NCBI GenBank assembly: GCA_025457815.1 | Contig: JALOTQ010000002.1 | Coordinates: 1-59,259 of the forward strand | Direction: 5' to 3' | From: Thermoplasmata archaeon | GTDB taxonomy: Archaea > Thermoplasmatota > Thermoplasmata > UBA10834 | DNA: 59,259 nucleotides | Shown here: positions 28,642 to 37,192 of the stretch, piece by piece | Position numbering within the stretch: position 1 is the stretch's first letter | Layout of the letters: each line of letters opens with the position of its first letter | The notes under the pieces: generated by a model | Database searches by the model: none | What the model was told of the DNA's origin: nothing | What the model saw: the letters and a program-made list of their open reading frames with translations, nothing else | Made by a program: the position numbers and the translations under genes

Positions 28642-30633
28642 TCATTTCGTCGCTACCGAGTACTTCCTCTCGTACTTCAGAGGGGAGAAGTCCGTGCCTC
28701 CGCCCTCGTAGAACTTGAGGAAGAACTCCACATAGTTCAACCTGATAGCCTGGATGCCCGCTGATAGGGCCCCCAGGATGAATACGAAGAAGGTCTGGGC
28801 GATCACGAGCATGACCGCCCCTAGGATCGCCAGGACGATGTTGCCGCTCTCGAATATCAGAGGGAAGAACATCGTGTTGAACGCCATGGCCACCGCCCCC
28901 TTGCCCGTCGCAAGGGCTGCCAGCCTCATGTAGGACATGATGTTCGTGAAGAGTCCGAGAACTTCGGTCAGGGCAATAGCACCTTCAGTGATTGGCAGGA
29001 CCACAATGCCAACGACGATCATCGCGACGGCTGGCAGAGAGACCTCCACGCCGACGAGCGTCTCGTTCATTGCGGGAAGGAACGTCTGGAGCCCCGAGTT
29101 TATCAGGTCGCTCGTCCTGGTAGCACTGCCGGCTATCGTCATGAGCTCGACGAACAGCCCGAACAGGACTATCAGCCAGGCGATCTTGGCAACTGCGTGC
29201 TTCTTGTTGTGATGGATCGTGTTGAAGAAACCGAACACGAATCCTAGCGTGAGGTGTAACCATCCGGCGAAGAGGGAGATGGCCAGCATCTCAGTTATGT
29301 CGTGCATCTTGTCAAGCACCGGGTGAATCGGGATGTTGGCAAGAGACTCCCAAGAGTACTCCTCGGGGTTCTCCTCCGGAGGATGGAACGGAACACCGAA
29401 CGCCTCAGCGAAGACGAACAGGCCGAACACGCTCGCCAACAATCCGCCAGCCATGACGATTGTCCCTAGCTTCTGGAGGTCCGGGCTGTTCTTGAGCTTG
29501 AAACGCATGATGCCACCGAGGACCAACAGACCTATCCCGAAGCCCAGGTCGCCGATCATGAACCCGAAGAACAGAGGGAACGTGATGAACAGGATCAGGG
29601 TAGGGTCGATCTCCTCGTACTTCGGAGTCGACACGAGGTTGATGAAGAATTCGAACGGCTTCACGAGCTTCGAGTTCCTCAGCTTCACTGGAGGCTCGTC
29701 ATCCTTCTCCCTAGGCACACTCTCCATGTGCACCAGACCGGCGCAGAACGAATCGAGCGACCTCTTGATCTCAGGCATCCTTGAGGACGGTATCCATCCG
29801 TCAATGACGAAAGAATTCGCAGTCGAGGCCACCCTCAGGGGCGTTTCCGCCTTCAGGACCTCGATGGCCAGGTGCTCTTCGGAAGATATGATGAAGTCCG
29901 CGAACTTCTTTCTTATGGCCTCGATGTCTTTTTCGATCCTCTCGAGGTCTTTTCTGAGGTCGGCAATCTCGGACGCGTTCTTCGCGATCACCGCCTTTGG
30001 GTCCCCCTTGAGCTTCGGGAGCTTCGCCTCCTGGAAATCGTGCTCTGTCAGTATCCGGAGAGCCTCTGTCTTGTCCTCGTTCCTCGCAAAGACCGCCACG
30101 ACCACATCGCTCTTGCGGGGGTTCGCGAGTATCTCGACGTCGGAAATCTTGGCAGATAGAGCACCCGTAGGATCATTCTTGCAGGTGCCCACAAATGAGG
30201 AAATGCTGTCGAAGCCGTCGTAGTCCTCGATCGGCACCCCAAAATCCTGGATGGGGGACAGAAGCCGTATCTCGGCCTCCTTCTGCCTGATCAGCGCCTG
30301 GATCTTCTGTCTCTCCTCTGCCTCGTCATGTGTGTTGAGGTCCAAGGTGACCAGGGCTTGCTCCATGCGCTTCGTGATGTCGCTGACAGGCATCTTGTCC
30401 TTGGGCTTGTGCTCTTCGATGTTCAGCGTGCGGATGATCGATCTGAGCTTCAGGAGCTTTTGGGAGGATGCGGACGCCTTCGGGAGAGGCTGCCCTATCT
30501 TGAAATCCTCATCCTGTTGTGTGAAGTCTATCAGGTGCAGTACGCCAAGCTCGTACAGACAATCGATCGTGGCATCGAGACTGTCTATCGAACCTACGAT
30601 GACAGCTCGAGTCATGTCCTCTGGCCTAAGCAT
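28642..30633 (-). CDS. atpI: A-type ATP synthase subunit I (a)
   Basis: PKYEEIDPT, FGFMIGDLG, SYMRLAAL, IRLNYVEFF.KFYEGGG. Confidence 0.96.
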   Translation of the reverse strand: MLRPEDMTRAVIVGSIDSLDATIDCLYELGVLHLIDFTQQDEDFKIGQPLPKASASSQKLLKLRSIIRTLNIEEHKPKDKMPVSDITKRMEQALVTLDLNTHDEAEERQKIQALIRQKEAEIRLLSPIQDFGVPIEDYDGFDSISSFVGTCKNDPTGALSAKISDVEILANPRKSDVVVAVFARNEDKTEALRILTEHDFQEAKLPKLKGDPKAVIAKNASEIADLRKDLERIEKDIEAIRKKFADFIISSEEHLAIEVLKAETPLRVASTANSFVIDGWIPSSRMPEIKRSLDSFCAGLVHMESVPREKDDEPPVKLRNSKLVKPFEFFINLVSTPKYEEIDPTLILFITFPLFFGFMIGDLGFGIGLLVLGGIMRFKLKNSPDLQKLGTIVMAGGLLASVFGLFVFAEAFGVPFHPPEENPEEYSWESLANIPIHPVLDKMHDITEMLAISLFAGWLHLTLGFVFGFFNTIHHNKKHAVAKIAWLIVLFGLFVELMTIAGSATRTSDLINSGLQTFLPAMNETLVGVEVSLPAVAMIVVGIVVLPITEGAIALTEVLGLFTNIMSYMRLAALATGKGAVAMAFNTMFFPLIFESGNIVLAILGAVMLVIAQTFFVFILGALSAGIQAIRLNYVEFFLKFYEGGGTDFSPLKYERKYSVATK

Positions 30634-30961
30634 CAGCTGCCCTCTCAAACTCCGATAGAACGAACCCCTTCGCATCGCCCATCTTCCTGCGAGCTGCGGA
30701 TGCGATGGCATCAGCCCTCGCATGACCTTCCTGGAGCAGCCTCTTCTTCTGCTCATCGATGCGAGCCTGTGCCGCGGCGAGCTTGGAATCCGTCTGCTGC
30801 CTGAGCTCTTTGTGGGCCGCCTCGGTCCGCTGCAGCGCTATCCGCTTGCCGTCGGCTTGGAGCTGCTTCCGCCTCTCCTCGGCCTCGGCTATCATAGACC
30901 GGACCTTCTCCTCTGCGGTCTTTATCTCGCGCAGGATTTCGGCCTTGCCCAAGTCAGCCAC
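30626..30961 (-). CDS. atpH: A-type ATP synthase subunit H (G)
   Basis: EILREIKTAEE coiled coil; first gene of the operon, overlapping the atpI start. Confidence 0.85.
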   Translation of the reverse strand: MADLGKAEILREIKTAEEKVRSMIAEAEERRKQLQADGKRIALQRTEAAHKELRQQTDSKLAAAQARIDEQKKRLLQEGHARADAIASAARRKMGDAKGFVLSEFERAADA

Positions 30962-31070
30962 TTTCCGGTCGCTGATGCGGGTTTCGATATAAATAGGCTA
31001 CGCGGTCTGACCTTTTCGAAAATGACTCCCTGGGATATCGACATTTAACGACACGACGGAGCCGTCTTCG

Positions 31071-31553
31071 TCACTTCTTCAACTTGGCCGAGAAATCGTC
31101 CTTGTTGAGCCGCGTGAGTCTCACGCCGGCTTGTTTGAGGAGCTCCACGCCCGCGAGGTCCGAGTAGTCGTCGATGTACACGACGCGCGCGACCTGAGCG
31201 TTGAGTATCATGCGCGCGCAGATCGGACACGGCACGATCGTGGAGTACATGGTCGAGTGCCGCGCGTTCGTGCCCGCCTGTATGAGCGCGTTCTGTTCAG
31301 CGTGCACGGCGGTGCAGGTCTCCAGCCTGGTGCCCGATGGGATGTTGAGCTTGTCCCTGATGCACCCGATCTCCTCGCAGTGCGGTATCCCTCGCGGGTT
31401 GCCGTTGTACCCCGTGCTCTTGATCTCGCCCACATCGCTCACCACGATCGCGCCTATCTGCCTCCGAGTACAGGTGCTCCTGCGGGATACCTCGATGGCG
31501 ATGTTCATGAAGTAGTGGTCCTTGTCTATGCGCTTGTGCCCCTTGTCGGTCAC
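31071..31553 (-). CDS. dCMP deaminase (ComEB family)
   Basis: YFM.IA..RSTC.RRQIGA, TGYNG, HAEQNA, PCPIC; GTG start estimated. Confidence 0.92.
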   Translation of the reverse strand: MTDKGHKRIDKDHYFMNIAIEVSRRSTCTRRQIGAIVVSDVGEIKSTGYNGNPRGIPHCEEIGCIRDKLNIPSGTRLETCTAVHAEQNALIQAGTNARHSTMYSTIVPCPICARMILNAQVARVVYIDDYSDLAGVELLKQAGVRLTRLNKDDFSAKLKK

Positions 31554-31691
31554 TCGCACCCTCTCTGGCCTCAATCCCCTGGGGACATTTCTACCTTTCT
31601 GTGCGTTCGTCTCCAGGGCCCTCTGGTCCCCGCAGGGAAAGGTTAGAAATAGAGTCACTTCTCTTGTTCCGTCTCGCAGGAGGTCCTCAGA

Positions 31692-32270
31692 TTGAGCAAG
31701 TGGTTCAAGATAGTGGCCGCCGGGGTCGCCATAGTCGCGCTCGCGCTGCTAGCGTTCGCCCTGCTCACCCCGGATGTGACGACGACCGATTCCGACCACG
31801 GGATGATGACGCACACCTACACCACCTACGACATGTCTCTGATAGTCGCTTCGACCATCATCCTCGTCGCCGCGCTCATGGTGATATTCCTCTGGAACGA
31901 GTACGAGCCCCTCCCTCCCGCGATGGCCCAAGTCCCGGCCCCGCCACCCGCGGCCGCGCCCGAGAAGCGGCCGGAGAAGCCTCAGGCGGTTGTTGCCGGA
32001 GGGGCGCCCGCAGCAGCGCCTGCTGCCCCCGAGCCCGAGGAGGTCGCGGCCCGAGAGTACCTGATATTGAGGCTCTTGACGGGCGACGAAAGGATCATGT
32101 TCAAGGCCATCATGGACGGCGGAGGCGAGGCCCTCCAAAAGGACCTCATCCTACGTACGAAGATGTCCAATGCGAAGGTCTCGAGGCTGTTGGACAAGCT
32201 CGAGCAGAAGGGCGTCATAACCAAGGAGAGGTACGGGGCGACGAACAAGGTGAGGATCAAGCCGGAATAA
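31692..32270 (+). CDS. Membrane-anchored winged-HTH regulator (COG2512-like)
   Basis: Two TM helices, Pro/Ala linker, C-terminal LTGDER..QKDL..SNAKVSRLLDKLEQKGVITKERYG.TN. Confidence 0.87.
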   Translation: MSKWFKIVAAGVAIVALALLAFALLTPDVTTTDSDHGMMTHTYTTYDMSLIVASTIILVAALMVIFLWNEYEPLPPAMAQVPAPPPAAAPEKRPEKPQAVVAGGAPAAAPAAPEPEEVAAREYLILRLLTGDERIMFKAIMDGGGEALQKDLILRTKMSNAKVSRLLDKLEQKGVITKERYGATNKVRIKPE

Positions 32271-32281
32271 CCCCCAGACGG

Positions 32282-32358
32282 CACTTTTCAGCCCACTTTT
32301 CACCGTTCTGCAAAGGTTTTGCGAGCTTTTCAGGATAGGTCCAAGTACCATTTCAGCC
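32282..32358 (+). repeat. Four TTTCA-core direct repeats, candidate operator
   Basis: CACTTTTCA at 32282 and 32294, CTTTTCAG at 32326, CATTTCAGCC at 32349. Confidence 0.4.
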
Positions 32359-32421
32359 AAAACAGTAGCGAAGGCTTCGGGGAAGGAAAACCGAAGCACA
32401 CGACAAAAGAGGTGAACAAGA

Positions 32422-32709
32422 ATGAAGACAACCGCGCTGATTGCGATCATAGGAGTCGTAGCAGTGCTAGGCGTAGCAGGTGCAGCCGTTGCCTCAGGGG
32501 CCGTCGCCAACCCCCTCGGGAGCGCATCCGACGGGAGCGGATCCGGGCACATGAACGGTGGTCACAAGCACATGTTCGAGTGGTCGTGGGCGGGCGAGTC
32601 CGACGGATGCCATGACTACAACTACTCGTGGGACTACAGCTACGACTACGAGACCTGCGACGACGTCAACTGCACGTGCGACTGCCAAGACTGCCTGTGC
32701 AAGGACTGA
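32422..32709 (+). CDS. Small secreted/anchored His- and Cys-rich protein
   Basis: GAGGTGA SD; signal peptide-like N-terminus; HMNGGHKH; C-terminal CDDVNCTCDCQDCLC. Confidence 0.8.
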   Translation: MKTTALIAIIGVVAVLGVAGAAVASGAVANPLGSASDGSGSGHMNGGHKHMFEWSWAGESDGCHDYNYSWDYSYDYETCDDVNCTCDCQDCLCKD

Positions 32710-32728
32710 TCGTGCGGGCCCAAACCAC

Positions 32729-32762
32729 TTCCTTACTTTCCTCCTCTCTCTTTTTTTCTTTT
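32729..32762 (+). terminator. Pyrimidine/U-rich archaeal terminator
   Basis: TTCCTTACTTTCCTCCTCTCTCTTTTTTTCTTTT right after the 32422-32709 gene. Confidence 0.6.
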
Positions 32763-32955
32763 ATGCGCAACTGCGATACAGTCCGGCATCCCCTGATTCG
32801 GAGCTCCAGGGCCCCCGCGCTGTGATGACAGCGCGGCACCTCAACAAGGCCTGAGGACCCCGCCCATCCTGCAACACTATATTAGATTGATACGCAGATT
32901 CGAACCCGGCGTCCGCAGACGGCCCCTGGCGTGGCAGGGGTCGTAGGGGTCTTGC

Positions 32956-34620
32956 ATGGGCGGCAGGTCTCAGCAGAAGAGGGTCTTTCTGAGAGAATCG
33001 ACGGGCCTTGTCAGAGAGATGAAGCCGCGCGACGCGCTGTATATGAACTTCCTGAACATGAGCATAGGGCTCGGGGTCGCCTGGGTGATATTCTGGGGCC
33101 CGGGGATCTATCCTGGAGCGGACGTCGAGCTGGGCCTGCTCATTTGCCTTGTGTGTTGCATGTTCGGCATGTTCTGTTTCGCGACGCTCACCGCGGCGAT
33201 GCCGCGAAGCGGTGGCGACTACGTGTTCGTGAGCCGATGCCTGCACCCCTCCCTCGGCTTCATGGCGAGCTGGACGTGGGTCAGCTGGAACATCGTCTGG
33301 TGCGGAGTGCTTGGAACATGGGTCGTCACGTGGGGTCTGAGGGATCTCCTCGCCATGCTTGCCGTCCTGGAGAACGACCCGAACCTCATCGCGTGGGCGA
33401 ATGACCTGAGCCAACCGGACAACCCGATAACGCTGACGATTACCTCCCTGGTGGTCGTTCTCTCGAGCATAATGTTGGCGCTCGGGCTCAAAGTCTACAT
33501 CAAGGTCCAAGCTGTGTGCGCGATACTCGGGCTTGTCATGCTGCTCGTCGCGGCCTTGCTGTTCGCGAACACCAGCAACGCGGAGTGGGAAGCGACATGG
33601 AACGAGTATGCCGAGCAACAGGGGACTGTCAGCTACGACGCGACGGTCACGGATGCCGCCGCCGATTTCCCGACGTCCGGGCTACCGTTCGGGGAATGGG
33701 GGCTCACCCTCGGAATGCTGCCTGTCGGATTCTGGGTCCTAGCGTATCCGTATTTCTCGGCTTACATGGGCGGTGAGCTCAAACGAGCCAAGACCACTGC
33801 GTTCATTGGAAATATGGGCGGGGTAATGATCGGCGGGATATTCGTCATCGGGATGTACGCTCTCGTGACGAACACTCTGAGCGAGGAGTTCATCATCGGA
33901 ACATATGCCCAGTACTACGATTACACGGGCTGGGACAGCGGAGGGAACGTGTACGGCATGCCCAGCCAGTGGTTCAACTTCCATGCCGGCCTCATTGGAG
34001 GGAACACCGCAGTTGCATACATCTTGGGCGTGGGGATGATAGGATGGCTCCTGATGTACCCCGCTCTCGCGTACTTGGGGCAGACCCGGGCGACGCTCGC
34101 ATGGTCCTTCGACAGGCTCATACCTGCGTGGTTCGGCAAGGTGAGCGACAGGTGGCACACGCCGATCAATGCGATCATATTCTTCACCGTCGTCAACTGG
34201 ATCTATCTCTTGATCTACGCCTTCACGTTCACTTACCAGCAGAGCTTCACCGCTCAGCTCGGTCAGATACTCGGCACGTTCCTGTTCGTCGGTCTCGCAG
34301 CCATCGCGCTCCCATACCGCAGGCGCACGAAGCCGATATACGAGGCGTCCGGGGCCAACTGGAAGATCGGAGGGGTCCCGATAGTGGCGATCGCGGGAGT
34401 CGTCTGGGTCGCGTTTGATCTGATATGCCTCTGGTACTTCCTCATCGACCCGAACCTCGGAGCGAGCGATGAATGGAGCGAGATCACTCCGCACTTCTCG
34501 GTCTTCCTCACATTCGGGATCATGTTCGCAGGGTTCGCTTACTACTGGGCGATCAGATGGCACCGGAAGAGACAGGGCATAGATGTCGACCTTGCGTTCA
34601 AAGAGCTACCCCCAGAGTGA
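32956..34620 (+). CDS. APC superfamily amino acid/amine permease
   Basis: FLRESTGLVRE, MPRSGGDYVFVSR, AWSFDRLIP..TP.NA, ~12 TM, FKELPPE. Confidence 0.93.
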   Translation: MGGRSQQKRVFLRESTGLVREMKPRDALYMNFLNMSIGLGVAWVIFWGPGIYPGADVELGLLICLVCCMFGMFCFATLTAAMPRSGGDYVFVSRCLHPSLGFMASWTWVSWNIVWCGVLGTWVVTWGLRDLLAMLAVLENDPNLIAWANDLSQPDNPITLTITSLVVVLSSIMLALGLKVYIKVQAVCAILGLVMLLVAALLFANTSNAEWEATWNEYAEQQGTVSYDATVTDAAADFPTSGLPFGEWGLTLGMLPVGFWVLAYPYFSAYMGGELKRAKTTAFIGNMGGVMIGGIFVIGMYALVTNTLSEEFIIGTYAQYYDYTGWDSGGNVYGMPSQWFNFHAGLIGGNTAVAYILGVGMIGWLLMYPALAYLGQTRATLAWSFDRLIPAWFGKVSDRWHTPINAIIFFTVVNWIYLLIYAFTFTYQQSFTAQLGQILGTFLFVGLAAIALPYRRRTKPIYEASGANWKIGGVPIVAIAGVVWVAFDLICLWYFLIDPNLGASDEWSEITPHFSVFLTFGIMFAGFAYYWAIRWHRKRQGIDVDLAFKELPPE

Positions 34621-34738
34621 CGAGGCAGGCCTAGTGAGCGAATCCCAGCTTTCAGCCGGGCATTCGGCACATGGACCAATCCCGGATTCGACAACTAGAT
34701 AGTGGGAATCAACCTTGCAGGCCCGGACAGGGGGAGTC

Positions 34739-36202
34739 ATACTGTCATTTGTGGAGCCCAGGGGCGGTCAGCTCGAGCTGCTCTCGAGAAGCGATTTGGA
34801 TAGGATTCACGGCGCGACGATGGAGGTCTATCGGAAGCTCGGCATCAAGGTCTACGAGCCGACGGCCCTCGATCTGTTCGCGAAGGCCGGGGCCGATGTG
34901 AACAAGAAGACCATGATGGTCAAGATCCCTGAGAGCCTCGTGAAGGAGACAGTCCGAAGGGCTCCCTCCGGATTCAAACTGTATGGAAGAGATCCGAAAT
35001 ACGCCCTGGACTTCAGCGAGAACAAGGTGCACTTCGGCGTCTCCGGACTGGCTGTCAGGGTCGAGGACCTTGACGGCAAGGTCCGGCCTGGGACGCTGAA
35101 GGACGTCGGCGACCTCGCAAGACTTGCCGACTACCTCGAGAACATACACAGCGTGATCATGATGGTCACGCCCGCGGACGTCCCCGACGAGCTCTATCAC
35201 CTCCACGTGATGCTTGCAGACTGGAGGAATTCCATCAAGACGACCGATGGTTACAACTACACTGCGAGAAAGGCCCTCGAGACAATCGAGATGGGGAGAA
35301 TCCTCAGGGGCAGCCACGAGGAACTCGCGAAGAAACCTTGCTTGCTGGGGTTCACGAACCCTGTGAGCCCGATGCAACTCTCGAAGGAGCTTCTTGAAGG
35401 TGCACTGGTCTACGCCAAGTACAGACAGCCGATGCTCTACGCCCCTGAAGCGCTGGCAGGAGGGACCGCGCCCGTGACAATTGCAGGGCTGCTCGTACAG
35501 CAGAACGCGGAGGTGTTGTCCGGCGTGATGGTCTCCCAACTAGCGAACCCGGGCACCCCCGTGATGTATGGCACGGTCTCCGCGGCGCTCGACATGAAAC
35601 TCGGGCTGACGGCCTTAGGCGGCCCCGAGGTTGGGCTGATCAACATCGCTGCCGCACAACTTGGCCGATACTACAACCTGCCCAGGAGAGGCACGGGCGG
35701 CAACACCGACTCAAAGGTCCTCGATGCCCAGGCTGGGTCCGAGACGGCCATGAACATGATGATGGCCGCTATGGCAGGAATGAACTTCATCTACGATGCG
35801 TGCGGTTCGATAGACGGATCGCTCGGCATATCATATGGCAAGCTGGTCATCGACAACGACATCGCGGGAATGGTGACGAGAGTGCTGCAGGGAGTGGAGG
35901 TCACGGAGGAGACCCTTGCCGTCGACGAGATATGCAGGGTCGGCCCATCCGCAAACTACCTGCAGAGCCCGATGACTGCGAAGCTTTTCAGGAAGGAACA
36001 CTTCCTGCCGAACGTCTTCGACCGGAAGTCCAGAGATTCCTGGGAGAGGGACGGGGCGAAGGACATCCGGAAGGCCGCTCGCGAGAAGGCGAGGCGGATC
36101 CTGAAGGATCACCAGGTCGAGCCGATGGACAGAGGCGTCGAGAAGGAGATCGAGAACTACATCAAGAAAACCACGAGGGCCTACACGTCAGTCCGCCACT
36201 GA
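34739..36202 (+). CDS. MttB-superfamily corrinoid-dependent methyltransferase, pyrrolysine-free (start uncertain, 34715-34751)
   Basis: RIH.AT, SPMQL, GGTAPVTIAG.LVQQNAEVL, GGPE, TDSKVLDAQAG; no in-frame TAG. Confidence 0.92.
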   Translation: MLSFVEPRGGQLELLSRSDLDRIHGATMEVYRKLGIKVYEPTALDLFAKAGADVNKKTMMVKIPESLVKETVRRAPSGFKLYGRDPKYALDFSENKVHFGVSGLAVRVEDLDGKVRPGTLKDVGDLARLADYLENIHSVIMMVTPADVPDELYHLHVMLADWRNSIKTTDGYNYTARKALETIEMGRILRGSHEELAKKPCLLGFTNPVSPMQLSKELLEGALVYAKYRQPMLYAPEALAGGTAPVTIAGLLVQQNAEVLSGVMVSQLANPGTPVMYGTVSAALDMKLGLTALGGPEVGLINIAAAQLGRYYNLPRRGTGGNTDSKVLDAQAGSETAMNMMMAAMAGMNFIYDACGSIDGSLGISYGKLVIDNDIAGMVTRVLQGVEVTEETLAVDEICRVGPSANYLQSPMTAKLFRKEHFLPNVFDRKSRDSWERDGAKDIRKAAREKARRILKDHQVEPMDRGVEKEIENYIKKTTRAYTSVRH

Positions 36203-36255
36203 CTGAAACAATTGCCACCATATGCATTTTATAGGTGTGCTCACTTCTAAGCGGC

Positions 36256-37191
36256 GTGGCTGAAGAGCGTGCGGCGCCATCCAAGGGTTCGCAGGATTCC
36301 AAACCTGTGTTGCTGTTCTTGAGAGATGCGGGCATTGCGCTGTTGTTTGTCGCCCTGGTGCTTCTCGCGATGTACGCGTACACGGGCCTATGGCCGCCCC
36401 TAGTGGTCGTGGAATCCAACAGCATGATGCACGGGACGGACAATCTCAGCCACATCGGAACGATCGACACGGGGGATCTTGTGCTGGTCAGAGACATCGG
36501 CGATGTCGACGATATCGAGACCTACGTTGACGGGTTCGTGTTCGGTCACAAGACTTACGGGGATTTCGGAGATGTCGTTGTCTACAGGAGGGATGGTTCC
36601 CAGACACAGACTCCGATCATCCACAGGGCCATGCTGTATCTCGAGATCAACGAGGACGGCCACAGCTATCGCGCGCCATCGTTGCAGTACCTCGCGGCCG
36701 AGAAATGGTCCACGTCCAACCCGATGGACACCTGGGACCATCTGACAAGCGTCATCATGATCTATCACGTGGGCTGGAACGACATCACCGTCAACATCGA
36801 TGTCAACCACTTCATCCCCTATCGAGGGAACGGCTACATCACGAAGGGAGACCACAACCCCACAATCGACCAGATGGCGTCCAACAGGCCCGTGGACGTG
36901 TCCTGGATCGTCGGCAAGGCCAGAGGAGAGATCCCGTGGTTCGGGCTCCTCAAGCTCTGGACGACCGACACCCTCGGGAGCGAAGCGCCCGAGAACAGCG
37001 TGAGGAATCTCTGGATATCCATAGGCGTGATCGTGATACTGCCAATCGGCATCGATGTCGGGCTCACATTCAAGGAGAAGCAGGAGATAGCCAAGAAGAA
37101 GGCCGCATATCAGGCGGAACAAAAGAAAGAGGATGCGGCGAAAGCAGAAGAACCGGTCAGGAGTGCCGGAGAGCCCAAACAGCGGACATAG
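36256..37191 (+). CDS. sec11: Archaeal signal peptidase I (S26B/Sec11) with insertion
   Basis: VVVESNSM, GDLV, PIIHR, ITKGDHN, IVGKA..IPWFG. Confidence 0.92.
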   Translation: MAEERAAPSKGSQDSKPVLLFLRDAGIALLFVALVLLAMYAYTGLWPPLVVVESNSMMHGTDNLSHIGTIDTGDLVLVRDIGDVDDIETYVDGFVFGHKTYGDFGDVVVYRRDGSQTQTPIIHRAMLYLEINEDGHSYRAPSLQYLAAEKWSTSNPMDTWDHLTSVIMIYHVGWNDITVNIDVNHFIPYRGNGYITKGDHNPTIDQMASNRPVDVSWIVGKARGEIPWFGLLKLWTTDTLGSEAPENSVRNLWISIGVIVILPIGIDVGLTFKEKQEIAKKKAAYQAEQKKEDAAKAEEPVRSAGEPKQRT

Positions 37192-37192
37192 A

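Noticed and set aside
32895..32915. GGGTTCGAATC on the minus strand resembles a tRNA T-loop
   Set aside because: The T-stem does not pair beyond 2 bp and no acceptor, D or anticodon arms can be built
34715..36202. Pyrrolysine (TAG) readthrough in the MttB gene
   Set aside because: The ORF is uninterrupted; the equivalent codon is AAC (Asn)
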